A stretch of DNA of 32,000 bases, taken from NCBI RefSeq assembly GCF_007748075.1, contig NZ_CP036280.1:2790001-2822000 (forward strand), in the 5' to 3' direction. Below the pieces are notes generated by a model. It did not search any database. It worked only from the letters and a program-made list of their open reading frames with translations, and was not told the DNA's origin. Position numbers and translations under genes: made by a program. How positions within the stretch are numbered: position 1 is the stretch's first letter; each line of letters starts with the position of its first letter. This DNA comes from Mucisphaera calidilacus (GTDB taxonomy: Bacteria > Planctomycetota > Phycisphaerae > Phycisphaerales > Phycisphaeraceae). Positions 8,610 through 16,843 of the stretch are shown here, one piece after another.

Positions 8610-9156
8610 CGTTCGCCTCCAGCTTGAGGGTGTTCTGGAGGGTGACGTCGACAACGGCGGTTCCCGCGAGCACGTTGCGGCCGATCAGCAGCGGGTAGGT
8701 GAAGGCGGACCGATCGGTGAGGGAGAACTCGCGTTTGTAGACACGGCTGCCCATCTGCAGTTTCATCTCGACGACCGGGCGTTCCTGGTCGTCGGCCCCG
8801 TGGCGTTTGATGCTCACGATGCGCGCGATCGGCCGTTCGAGTTCGGACTTCTTGTCGGTCTCGGGATCGACCAGGGTGAAGCGCACCCAGCGTTCGCCAT
8901 CGCGTTCGAACTGCTTGATGTCGCGGGCATCGAGTGAGGAGGTGGTGGCGCCGGTGTCGATGCGAGCGGGCATGACGACGTCGACGTCGACGATGCGCAG
9001 CGTCTCGATCTCGCCGATGACGCCAAGCGGGCGGTCCTCGAGCCGGATCACACGGTCGCCTGTGGATCCCGAGGAAGCTGCGGGGCCGCTGGTGGCGCAC
9101 CCGACTCCGCAGATGACGACGAGTAATAAGCCGAGTAAACCGATGGATCGTGCCAC
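8602..9156 (-). CDS. Secreted retropepsin-like aspartic protease (RimB / 'ATP-dependent zinc protease' PF05618 class)
   Basis: Carries the aspartic-protease signature ARIDTGATTSSL (D-T-G-A) and a retropepsin-like LLIGRNVL near the C-terminus. I place the start at GTG 9156, preceded by GGGAGG (9162-9167) at 5-nt spacing. That yields a classical signal peptide (M)ARSIGLLGLLLVVICGVGC. The track start TTG 9198 lacks an SD. Confidence 0.8.
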   Translation of the reverse strand: MARSIGLLGLLLVVICGVGCATSGPAASSGSTGDRVIRLEDRPLGVIGEIETLRIVDVDVVMPARIDTGATTSSLDARDIKQFERDGERWVRFTLVDPETDKKSELERPIARIVSIKRHGADDQERPVVEMKLQMGSRVYKREFSLTDRSAFTYPLLIGRNVLAGTAVVDVTLQNTLKLEANVE

Positions 9157-9336
9157 GATGACCTCCCTGCTGACCAGAAACTCGTTCCGCAGAGACAACT
9201 CGTCTCTGCTGAGCCTAACCGACTGTCAAGATACGCAAGTTCGTGACCTTACCACTCAGAAGACCGGTGCGTCCAGCGTGTTCCGTCGCGTGTGGAGATG
9301 CGTTACTCTGCCTGTAACGATGCACGGAGTTTGATC

Positions 9337-10116
9337 ATGCTGATCCCGGGACTCGTCTCCATCACGTACCGGCAACTGAATCCCGAGCAGATCCTTCAGC
9401 GCGCCGTCCACGCGGGCCTGAAGGTGATCGAGTGGGGTGGCGACATCCACGTGCCGCACGGGAATCTGGAGCAGGCAGACGCGGTCTGCGAGCTCACGAC
9501 GGAATACGAGATGCGTTGCGCTGCGTACGGCTCTTACCTGCGTCTGGGGGCTGAGGATGAGCCCGAGACTCTGCACAAGAAGGTGATCAACACCGCGGCG
9601 CGTCTGGGGGCGGACTCGGTACGTGTCTGGGCGGGTCAGAGCGGATCGATGGAGACGCTGCCGCAGCAGTACGACCGGATCGTTCTCGAGGCCAGACAAC
9701 TGGCGGAGCGTGCCGCGGGCCACCAGATCGACCTGGTCTTTGAGTATCACGCCAACACCCTGACCGACACCGCCGAGTCGGCGAAGCGCCTGCATGAGGA
9801 CGTTGGCGCCGACAACGTCTTCCTCGGCTGGCAGCCGCCTAATCACATGAACTTCTACGACCGGCTGACCAACCTGGAAGCGGTGATCGACCGTGTGGCG
9901 GATGTTCACGTGTTCAACTGGACGCTCAACGATCAGGGCAGGATTGTTCGTCATCCGCTGAGCGATGCAGCGGATGACTGGGCCGCATACTTCGAAAGGC
10001 TGGCCAAGAGCGATCGGGATCACCGGGTGCTGCTGGAGTTCGTCCCGGATGACGATCCCGAGTTGCTCGACCGCGAGGCCGACACGCTTCTGAGCATCAT
10101 CGACCGTGTGGGTTGA
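9337..10116 (+). CDS. Sugar phosphate isomerase/epimerase (xylose-isomerase-like TIM barrel) family protein
   Basis: The pattern LVSITYRQL...AGLKVIEWGGD...RVWAG...LVFEYHANTL...EFV is typical of the AP_endonuc_2 / TIM-barrel family. ATG 9337 has a GGAG 7 nt upstream. The track start at 9292 is GTG. Confidence 0.65.
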   Translation: MLIPGLVSITYRQLNPEQILQRAVHAGLKVIEWGGDIHVPHGNLEQADAVCELTTEYEMRCAAYGSYLRLGAEDEPETLHKKVINTAARLGADSVRVWAGQSGSMETLPQQYDRIVLEARQLAERAAGHQIDLVFEYHANTLTDTAESAKRLHEDVGADNVFLGWQPPNHMNFYDRLTNLEAVIDRVADVHVFNWTLNDQGRIVRHPLSDAADDWAAYFERLAKSDRDHRVLLEFVPDDDPELLDREADTLLSIIDRVG

Positions 10117-10144
10117 TCAGCCGATCGCGGGGACAGAGCACACC

Positions 10145-10480
10145 ATGGCCAAGCCCGGCGGCAAGTTCGGATCGATCAAGCGTCAGCACGGCCGCGTGTC
10201 CGGGCTGGACGAGTTGCTGGACCGGATCATCAGCGAGTGTCCCTACGTCACCCGGATCGTGCCCGGGCGCATGGGGCGTAAGCGTGGCAAGACGGCGCAG
10301 GGGTTCCGGATTCAATACCCGACCACGCCTGACGGCTCGGGCGACCGCGACAACGCCACCGGACTCAAGTGCATCTACACCAAGGCGGGGAGTTGGCAGG
10401 AGGTCTTCCTCGTCTGCTCCGACGTGTGGGCCGCGGAAGCGTGGTTGATCGGCGTGGGGATCGCGAAGGACCGGAGCTGA
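10145..10480 (+). CDS. Small basic hypothetical protein (possibly DUF2103-like)
   Basis: 111 aa from the first ATG, with GC-rich third positions. The pattern GLDELLDRI...VTRIVPGRMGRKRG...GLKCIYTKAGSWQEVFLV resembles my recollection of DUF2103 proteins. This is unverified. Confidence 0.45.
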   Translation: MAKPGGKFGSIKRQHGRVSGLDELLDRIISECPYVTRIVPGRMGRKRGKTAQGFRIQYPTTPDGSGDRDNATGLKCIYTKAGSWQEVFLVCSDVWAAEAWLIGVGIAKDRS

Positions 10481-10483
10481 TGC

Positions 10484-11590
10484 TCAGGCGACCTCGGCGT
10501 TGGTCTGCTCGTCATGATCTTCGTGAATCACGCCGGTCATCGGCTCGGCCTTGGGTCGCGAGATCAGATAGCCCTGCACGTAGTTGACGCCCAGCTCGCG
10601 GCAGAAGTCGAGTTCCTTCATGGTCTCGACGCCCTCGGCGATCGTGATGATCTCGCGTTCCTGGGCGTAGCGGATCAGGCCGATGAAGATCGAGGTCTCG
10701 CCCGTCTCCACCGCGCGATTGAGCACCTCGCGATCGATCTTGATCACGTCCGGCTCGAGCTGATCGATATAGAGGATGGCGGTGTTTCCGCTGCCGATAT
10801 CGTCGAGCACCACCTTGGCTCCGTGGCCGCGGATGTAGTCCACGATCCGGCGAAGGTGCTGGAGATCGGGGAACTCTTCGCTCTCGACAACCTCGAACCA
10901 GAGGCGTGCGGGATCAACGCCTACGCGTTGCGCGGCACCGAACGTCATGCCCAGACAGACATCCGGGTCGTAGACGGTGATGGGGAAAAAGTTGATGAAG
11001 ACGCGCCCGCCGCCACAGAGGTAGTCGACGGATTGTTCGATCGCGAGTTTTCGGCAGAGTTGATCGAGATTGACCAGAGAATCGTGAGCCTTGGCGGCAT
11101 CTATCAGCCGGTTCGGCGTGATCGGCTCCGACGCGTGCGTGGCACGCATGAGGGCCTCGTTGGCGAAGATCTCGCCGGTGATGGCGTGGGCAATAGGCTG
11201 GAAGTTGTAGCAGATTGTCTGCTCGGCCATGACTTGCTGAAACCATGGCGTGCCGAGCCGGTCCAGCACCTGTGTCACGGGCGAGGCATCCCAGGGATCG
11301 AAGTCGCCTCGCTCGTCTAGCACACAGGCCTTGAGCGTTCGGCTCTCGATCCAGGAGAGGGACGAGACCAGGTCACGCAGTTGGTCGAGGTGTGGGCGTG
11401 AAACCAGAAAAGCGCCCTTCTGGTCGCCGATCTGCCCCAGAACCCCCCGCAATGCCTGCACGACCGATAAGGAGTCGGAATGCACGGCCATCAGCGGTTC
11501 GTCCCCCGAACCATCACTCTGTAATGACGCACCGTCTGTCGGCTTTTTCGTGTTGCGCACAGGAATGCTCCCAATCGCATGAACTACCAC
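10484..11590 (-). CDS. EAL-domain c-di-GMP phosphodiesterase with an uncharacterised N-terminal region
   Basis: The EAL catalytic motifs look intact: FQPI, NEALMR (EAL), VFINF (N), FEVVESE, DDIGSGN (DDFG-type), IKID (K), AEGVET (EGVE) and QGY. About 110 N-terminal residues show no motif I recognise. The track start is GTG 11590. An internal ATG at 11491 is an alternative. Confidence 0.85.
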   Translation of the reverse strand: MVVHAIGSIPVRNTKKPTDGASLQSDGSGDEPLMAVHSDSLSVVQALRGVLGQIGDQKGAFLVSRPHLDQLRDLVSSLSWIESRTLKACVLDERGDFDPWDASPVTQVLDRLGTPWFQQVMAEQTICYNFQPIAHAITGEIFANEALMRATHASEPITPNRLIDAAKAHDSLVNLDQLCRKLAIEQSVDYLCGGGRVFINFFPITVYDPDVCLGMTFGAAQRVGVDPARLWFEVVESEEFPDLQHLRRIVDYIRGHGAKVVLDDIGSGNTAILYIDQLEPDVIKIDREVLNRAVETGETSIFIGLIRYAQEREIITIAEGVETMKELDFCRELGVNYVQGYLISRPKAEPMTGVIHEDHDEQTNAEVA

Positions 11591-11656
11591 TGAAGGTCGG
11601 TCATCCGAGCAAGCAACCTGAGTCGGTATACGAAAACAGCCAACAAAACGCTCCGG

Positions 11657-12007
11657 TTACCCGACGGTGGATCCCGGTGTGACCTCGGCACGGGGCGTCA
11701 GCAGCACCACGTCCTTTGTCTGGCCATCCTCCTCGACCGAGGCGGCCAGGAGCATGCCGTTGGATTCTTCGCCTCGGATGGTTCGCGGTGCGAGGTTGGC
11801 GACCACAATAATCTGTTTCCCGATCAGGTCTTCGGGCTGATAAAAAGCCCGCACGCCGGCACAGATCTGCCGTTTTTCGCCGCCCAGGTCGACCTGGAGC
11901 TTGAGCAGGCGGTCGGCGTTCGGGTGTGCCTCGGCTTCGATCACCGTCGCGACGCGGAGGTCGATCTTCATAAAATCATCGAACGTTATGGTTGGTTTGA
12001 ACTCCAT
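11657..12007 (-). CDS. csaA: tRNA-binding domain protein (CsaA / MetRS C-terminal EMAP-like OB fold)
   Basis: DLRVATVIEAEAHPNADRLLKLQVDLGGEKRQICAGVRAFYQPEDLIGKQIIVVANLAPRTIRGEESNGMLLAA is the canonical tRNA_bind domain pattern. Confidence 0.85.
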   Translation of the reverse strand: MEFKPTITFDDFMKIDLRVATVIEAEAHPNADRLLKLQVDLGGEKRQICAGVRAFYQPEDLIGKQIIVVANLAPRTIRGEESNGMLLAASVEEDGQTKDVVLLTPRAEVTPGSTVG

Positions 12008-12100
12008 CGAGGCTTACTCCTGCGGTTTCGTGAGGACGATTACAATACCCGCTACAGCCGGTCTTGACGGACGTTCCCTTACCGAGGCTCGAAACGGACG

Positions 12101-15100
12101 ATGCCCCTGCCCACGCTCTTGCTGAGAAACCGCCTGCGTTCGCTGGGCAAGCTCCGGCGGGCCAACCGCTGGCGTCGTGTCGTCGCGCTGGTCCTGCTCG
12201 TCGTGCTGTCGACGGCCGTGCTGATCGTCATCACCGTCACCAACCCCGCGATCCTCACACCCCTCATCACCGCCATCGCCAACGCGCAGGTTGTGAGCGA
12301 GGTCCGGATCGAGCGGGCCTCGGTCGACTTCCGCAGGCTCAATCTCCAGATCGACGGCATCCGGTTACTTCACCGCCGTCCTGATCAGCGACTCGAGCCG
12401 GTGCTTGAAGCCGATCGGATCCTGATCCGGCCGGACTGGTCGGGGCTGATCTGGGGCGAAGCCCCGGTGCGTTCGATTCTCGTCATCCGTCCCGTGCTGC
12501 ACATCATCGAGGACCGCGAGCAGAACGCCAACAACCTCGAGAGCATCGCGGAGCGCAGGCGTGAGGAAGGACGATCGTCGGGCGGCATCACGTCGCCGAT
12601 CGCCCTGACGCTGCCGGAGGTCTACCTGCGTGCGGGCGAGATCCGGTTTGCCGTGCGCGACGAGAACGGTCAGCGCGTGGAGCGCAGCACGATCCCATTG
12701 ACCGGACACGTTGCCCGCCGACAGGACGCGTACCAGTTCATCCTGAAGCAGTCGGACGTGGCGGGTCAGGAGAACGTCGAGATCACGGGTGCCTATATGC
12801 CGCGGGATGCCGCCTTCCGCCTGCAGATCCGCGACTTCAACTTCGAGCACCCGATCAGCTACGCCTTCCCCGCACGCATCCGCGCGTGGTGGGCGTCGAT
12901 GAAGCCATCGGGCCGGGTGCCCTCGACGACGGTGGTGGTGCGTAACGACGGGTTGTTGCAGATCAACGCCAGCATGTTCTTCGACGACATCGCGTTGACG
13001 CTGCCCGCGATCGAGGACAGCAGTCTGCGCATGACCAGCGTCAACGGCGCGATCCACATCGATCAGAATCGCCCGAGCGCCGAGATCGAAGGCTCCATCG
13101 AGGGCATCCGCTACCGCGTGGTCGGGCACGTGGATGACCTGACGCCCGATGCGGCCTTCAGCGTCACGGTCTCGGCCCCTCCCTTCCAGCTGCCCGATGA
13201 CCCTCAGATCATCGATGCGCTGCCCGACGTGGGACGCAACATTTACGACAACCTCGACCCCTCGGGCTGGCTGAGTCTCGACCTGACCCTGGAGCGACCC
13301 GGCCCGGGCGAGCCGCTCGACTACCGCGGCACCGTCACCGCGCACGACGCGGGCATCCGCTATTTCCGCTTCGCCTACCCGATGCAGAACGTGACGGGTG
13401 AGATCCGCTTCAGCCCCGAGGCCGTCGATCTGGTCAACCTCAAGGGGGTCGGGCCAACAGGTGCTCGCGCCAGCCTGGAGGGACGCATCGCGCCGGTCGG
13501 CCCGGACCCGGCGGTGAGCCTCGACGTCAGCATCGATCAACTGCCGATCGACGCTTATCTGTTTGGTGCCCTCAACGAGGGCTCTCAGAACGCCATCCGC
13601 CTGTTTTTTGACGCCGATCACTACGAAACGCTCCGCAACGCGGGCCGGATCGACAGCCCGCCGATGCTGCCCGAGCACGTCATCCCGCCGGGGCTTGGCG
13701 GGACGGTCGACGCCGACTTCACGCTCCGCCGTCCCTACGGGCCCGATCAGCCCGCGTTGACCGCCACCCGCGTCGAGACACGCGGTCTCAAGGGTCTGCT
13801 CAAGCACTGGCCGTACCCTCTCGTCTCCGAGGGCGGCGTGTTCGAGCTGGCGACCCACTGGCTGCGTATCGAGGGCATCGACGTCAAGGGCCCGACCGGC
13901 GCCACCGCCAGGGTCACGGGCGATCTCGACCGCGAAGACAGCACCGGGCGTCTGCGGGGCACCGTGCTGGTCAGCGCGGCCCGAGCGCCGATCGACGCCT
14001 TCCTGCTCAAGGCGATCCCCGGCAACGCTGGCGGCGTGCTGGCCGAACTCCATCCCACCGGCTGGATCACCGCCGAGACAAGAATCCATCTGTCGATGGA
14101 GGAGCCCGTGGCGTTTGAAGTGGCTGCGCAGATCGAGCAGGCAAGCGTGCGACCCTACACGGGCACCTATCTGATCAGCGACATGACCGGCGGCTTCGAG
14201 ATCGACAACCAGAGCGTCACGGTTCGCCAGCTCACGGGCAAGCATGGCGGGACCACCTTCGACACCAGCGGCTATCTGTCGTGGTCCGATCCGGAGTCCC
14301 TCGTCTATCAAGCGACCATCGACGCGAAGCGGCTGATCCTCGAACCGGGCCTGGCCGACCTCTTCCCGCCCGGGACCTCGGGGCACGAGTTGGCCCGTAG
14401 CACGATCAACGAGCGCAGGCCGTCGGGTCAGCTCGACCTTCTGTTGAATCTCGATCGCCGCCCCGATGAGCCGTCGTTGCGGGTCGAGTTCGAGATCGAG
14501 CCTCAGCGGCTGGCGTTCACGGCGAACGACTACCGCTTTGACGTTACCGATATGACCGGCAGCATCACCTACGCCGACAAACTGGTCCGCATAGACGAGG
14601 TGACGGCCAGCACCGAGGGCGGCCGGGTTGCCGTGGACGGGCGTTTCACGACGGACTTCACGCAGCTCAACCTCGCCATCGATGCGCACGACGATCACAT
14701 CAGCGGGACCACGCGTGCCCTGCTGCCGGCGGCGCTCAACGCGTTCATCGACGGATTTGAGCTCGCGGGCGGCTACGACTTCAGAGGCACGGTCGCGCGC
14801 ACACCCGCGGGCGGTGACGTCGCGACCACGGTCGAGGGTCGCCTGGACCTGAAAAACGCCAGCATCACGCCGGGCATCGCCATCCGCAATGCCAACGCGG
14901 GTGTCTTGATCGACGTGCGTGACGACAACAGCGCTCCCTGGCCGGCGATGAATCTCGACATCGCCGCCTCGTCAATGATCGTCGCCGACCGCGAAACACG
15001 ACGCACGACGCTGAGGGTGAGTAACGAGGCCGATCGGCAACGTCTGCGGATCGAGGACATCCTGGGCGATATGGCCGGTGGAACCCTCGCGGGGCAGGCT

Positions 15101-15808
15101 TCGACCGATCTTGGCGAAGACGGCTGGTACCGCATGGGCATCGAGCTTGTGGACGTCGATCTCTCTCGATTCCTCATCACGCCCGACCTCGTCACGCCTA
15201 CCGAGGAAGATCTCGCCTGGATGGACGAGCAGTTGCTTGAGGAGCAGGGGGTTCCGCAGCGCATCGAGTCGCAGCGCAGGCGTGAAAACCAGGGGCTGAT
15301 GTCGGCCTCGCTGTATCTGGAGGGTCAGCACGAGCGCCCGGAGAGCAGGCTGGGGCGCGGGGACATCGACGCGACGAAAGTGGGCCTGCTCAATCAGCCG
15401 CTCGGCCTGACGATCCTTCGGGCCTTCAACTTCACGATGCCCAGCACCCGGTCGTTGGACTCTGCGAGCATCCGATTCCTTCTGGAGGGTGACAACATCC
15501 GTTTTGATGGCATCGAGATCACGGCACCCGATTTCGCCATCATCGGTGCAGGCACGATGCAGTTCGAGACTCAGCAGATCGACCTGGCCCTCTTCAGCCG
15601 GTCACGGCAGGATCTGGGCATCGGTGTCCAGGGGCTCTTCAACAACATCCGGGACCAGATCGCCTGCCTGCGCGTGCAGGGATCACTTGAGAAGCCCACC
15701 ACCAATCTCTCCTTCTTCCCGGGGATCACCGCATCACTCAAGTCGACCGTGGGCATCGAGGAGATCCCGCCCTACCTCGAGCACCTGTTCAGCGCCGAGG
15801 ATCGCTGA
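12101..15808 (+). CDS. Large N-terminally anchored envelope protein, AsmA/YhdP/TamB-like (function inferred)
   Basis: 1235 aa. It has a single N-terminal TM helix (VVALVLLVVLSTAVLIVITV), followed by a long region of beta-rich composition with no cysteine clusters. The C-terminal motif LRVQGSLEKPTTNLSFFPG resembles the G-[ST]-L-x-x-P endings of AsmA-family lipid-transfer proteins. Coding status is certain; the family call is tentative. Confidence 0.55.
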   Translation: MPLPTLLLRNRLRSLGKLRRANRWRRVVALVLLVVLSTAVLIVITVTNPAILTPLITAIANAQVVSEVRIERASVDFRRLNLQIDGIRLLHRRPDQRLEPVLEADRILIRPDWSGLIWGEAPVRSILVIRPVLHIIEDREQNANNLESIAERRREEGRSSGGITSPIALTLPEVYLRAGEIRFAVRDENGQRVERSTIPLTGHVARRQDAYQFILKQSDVAGQENVEITGAYMPRDAAFRLQIRDFNFEHPISYAFPARIRAWWASMKPSGRVPSTTVVVRNDGLLQINASMFFDDIALTLPAIEDSSLRMTSVNGAIHIDQNRPSAEIEGSIEGIRYRVVGHVDDLTPDAAFSVTVSAPPFQLPDDPQIIDALPDVGRNIYDNLDPSGWLSLDLTLERPGPGEPLDYRGTVTAHDAGIRYFRFAYPMQNVTGEIRFSPEAVDLVNLKGVGPTGARASLEGRIAPVGPDPAVSLDVSIDQLPIDAYLFGALNEGSQNAIRLFFDADHYETLRNAGRIDSPPMLPEHVIPPGLGGTVDADFTLRRPYGPDQPALTATRVETRGLKGLLKHWPYPLVSEGGVFELATHWLRIEGIDVKGPTGATARVTGDLDREDSTGRLRGTVLVSAARAPIDAFLLKAIPGNAGGVLAELHPTGWITAETRIHLSMEEPVAFEVAAQIEQASVRPYTGTYLISDMTGGFEIDNQSVTVRQLTGKHGGTTFDTSGYLSWSDPESLVYQATIDAKRLILEPGLADLFPPGTSGHELARSTINERRPSGQLDLLLNLDRRPDEPSLRVEFEIEPQRLAFTANDYRFDVTDMTGSITYADKLVRIDEVTASTEGGRVAVDGRFTTDFTQLNLAIDAHDDHISGTTRALLPAALNAFIDGFELAGGYDFRGTVARTPAGGDVATTVEGRLDLKNASITPGIAIRNANAGVLIDVRDDNSAPWPAMNLDIAASSMIVADRETRRTTLRVSNEADRQRLRIEDILGDMAGGTLAGQASTDLGEDGWYRMGIELVDVDLSRFLITPDLVTPTEEDLAWMDEQLLEEQGVPQRIESQRRRENQGLMSASLYLEGQHERPESRLGRGDIDATKVGLLNQPLGLTILRAFNFTMPSTRSLDSASIRFLLEGDNIRFDGIEITAPDFAIIGAGTMQFETQQIDLALFSRSRQDLGIGVQGLFNNIRDQIACLRVQGSLEKPTTNLSFFPGITASLKSTVGIEEIPPYLEHLFSAEDR

Positions 15809-16541
15809 TCGATTCGTCCGTGATCAGCCCGGCCCAGTCGACCTTGCTGAGGATCGACGCCCACGCCGGGTCGGCCCAGACGGGGTCGTGTGTTGACCGT
15901 GGCAGCCGCGCCAGCACGGTGACGTCTGCCATGCGTTCGAGCCATGCCCGATTCGATGCCACTGAGGCGTCATCCGTCACACCCTCCGGGCCGTCGCTCA
16001 TCACGACGCCTGCGACACGGACGCCGGATGATCGCAAGGCTCGCACGGTGAGGGTCGTGTGATTGAGGGTGCCCAGGCCGCTGCGTGCGACGATCAGGGC
16101 CGGCAGCCCGAGGTGCATCATCAGTTCGAGGACGGTGGGGTGGCCCGAGGCATCGAGCGGCACTTCGAGCCCGCCGGCGCCCTCAACCAGAAGCGAAGTG
16201 GCCTGTGCCTGGGCCTCCAGCCATGCTCGGCCGATCGCGGGCCAGTTCACCCGCTCGCCGCGCTGGGCTGCTGCGATTCCCGGGGCCAGCCATTCGCGGA
16301 AGGTGACCGGGCATACCGATGCGGGGTCGATGTCATCACCCACGGACGCGGCCAACGCCATGGCGTCCTCGGCCAACCACCGGCCGTCGCGTTCAACGGC
16401 CCCGCTGGCCATGGGCTTGAACGGAAGCACGCGTTCCCCCGCGGATCGAAGCAGGCGGCAGAGTGCCGCGGTCAGGGCGGTCTTACCGACGCCGGTGTCG
16501 GTTCCGGTCACGAACAGCCCGGGCCGTGTTGAGGGTTTCAT
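15789..16541 (-). CDS. bioD: Dethiobiotin synthase
   Basis: P-loop LFVTGTDTGVGKT, followed by KPMASG, LVEGAGGLEVPL and LIVARSGLGTLNHTLLT-like motifs. The start is uncertain. ATG 16541 gives MKPSTRPGLFVTGTD, the typical spacing. ATG 16583 overlaps the stop of the upstream small gene (TGATG). GTG 16589 is the track start. Confidence 0.85.
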   Translation of the reverse strand: MKPSTRPGLFVTGTDTGVGKTALTAALCRLLRSAGERVLPFKPMASGAVERDGRWLAEDAMALAASVGDDIDPASVCPVTFREWLAPGIAAAQRGERVNWPAIGRAWLEAQAQATSLLVEGAGGLEVPLDASGHPTVLELMMHLGLPALIVARSGLGTLNHTTLTVRALRSSGVRVAGVVMSDGPEGVTDDASVASNRAWLERMADVTVLARLPRSTHDPVWADPAWASILSKVDWAGLITDESISDPRR

Positions 16542-16582
16542 CGCCGTCTGCCAGTCCGTGCACATGGACGCAGCATAGGCCA

Positions 16583-16825
16583 TCAGCACGCGTCACTGTC
16601 TTCGATCGATCCGGCGTTGAGGATCCGTTCGATCTCCTCGGCCGAGGCGCCCCGTTCGATCAGCCGGGCCTTGAGGGCCGCCTCCTCGCGGACGCGGATG
16701 ATCTTCACGACCGCCGAGGCGATGATGAAGATCATCCCGCAGCCGATGCCCATGAAGACCGCGAGATTCCCGGTGTTGTAGAGGAAACCCCAGTCGAAGC
16801 CTGAACCCTGTGCCAAAACAAGCAT
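16583..16825 (-). CDS. Small single-TM protein, paralog B (conserved REEA-x-KARLIERGASAEEIERIL C-terminal helix)
   Basis: 80 aa, with one hydrophobic helix (LAVFMGIGCGMIFIIASAVV) followed by a charged helix. A GGAG lies 9 nt upstream. It shares a 73-bp near-identical DNA core with the upstream gene. Confidence 0.6.
   Translation of the reverse strand: MLVLAQGSGFDWGFLYNTGNLAVFMGIGCGMIFIIASAVVKIIRVREEAALKARLIERGASAEEIERILNAGSIEDSDAC
16619..16691. repeat. Copy 1 of a 73-bp direct repeat (inside paralog B)
   Basis: GAGGATCCGTTCGATCTCCTCGGCCGAGGCGCCCCGTTCGATCAGCCGGGCCTTGAGGGCCGCCTCCTCGCGG. By hand alignment it matches 69/73 positions of 16901-16973. Confidence 0.85.
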
Positions 16826-16843
16826 GTCCTGTCTCCGTCCTGT

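Noticed and set aside
4734-9200. tRNA-Ile as the attachment site of a genomic island carrying the patatin and ATP-grasp cassette genes.
   Set aside because: There is no integrase, and I saw no compositional break. I found no direct repeat of the tRNA 3' end. The only similarity is a 9-nt TTCGAGTCC match at 2060-2068, on the other side of the tRNA, which is within chance expectation for 64 kb of two-strand sequence.
8602-11590. A true rimABK-type operon (EAL + protease + ligase).
   Set aside because: Two plus-strand genes (9337-10480) separate the EAL gene from the cassette, and the cassette contains a 7TM transglutaminase-like gene that rimABK lacks. Only the family-level analogy is retained as a low-weight note.
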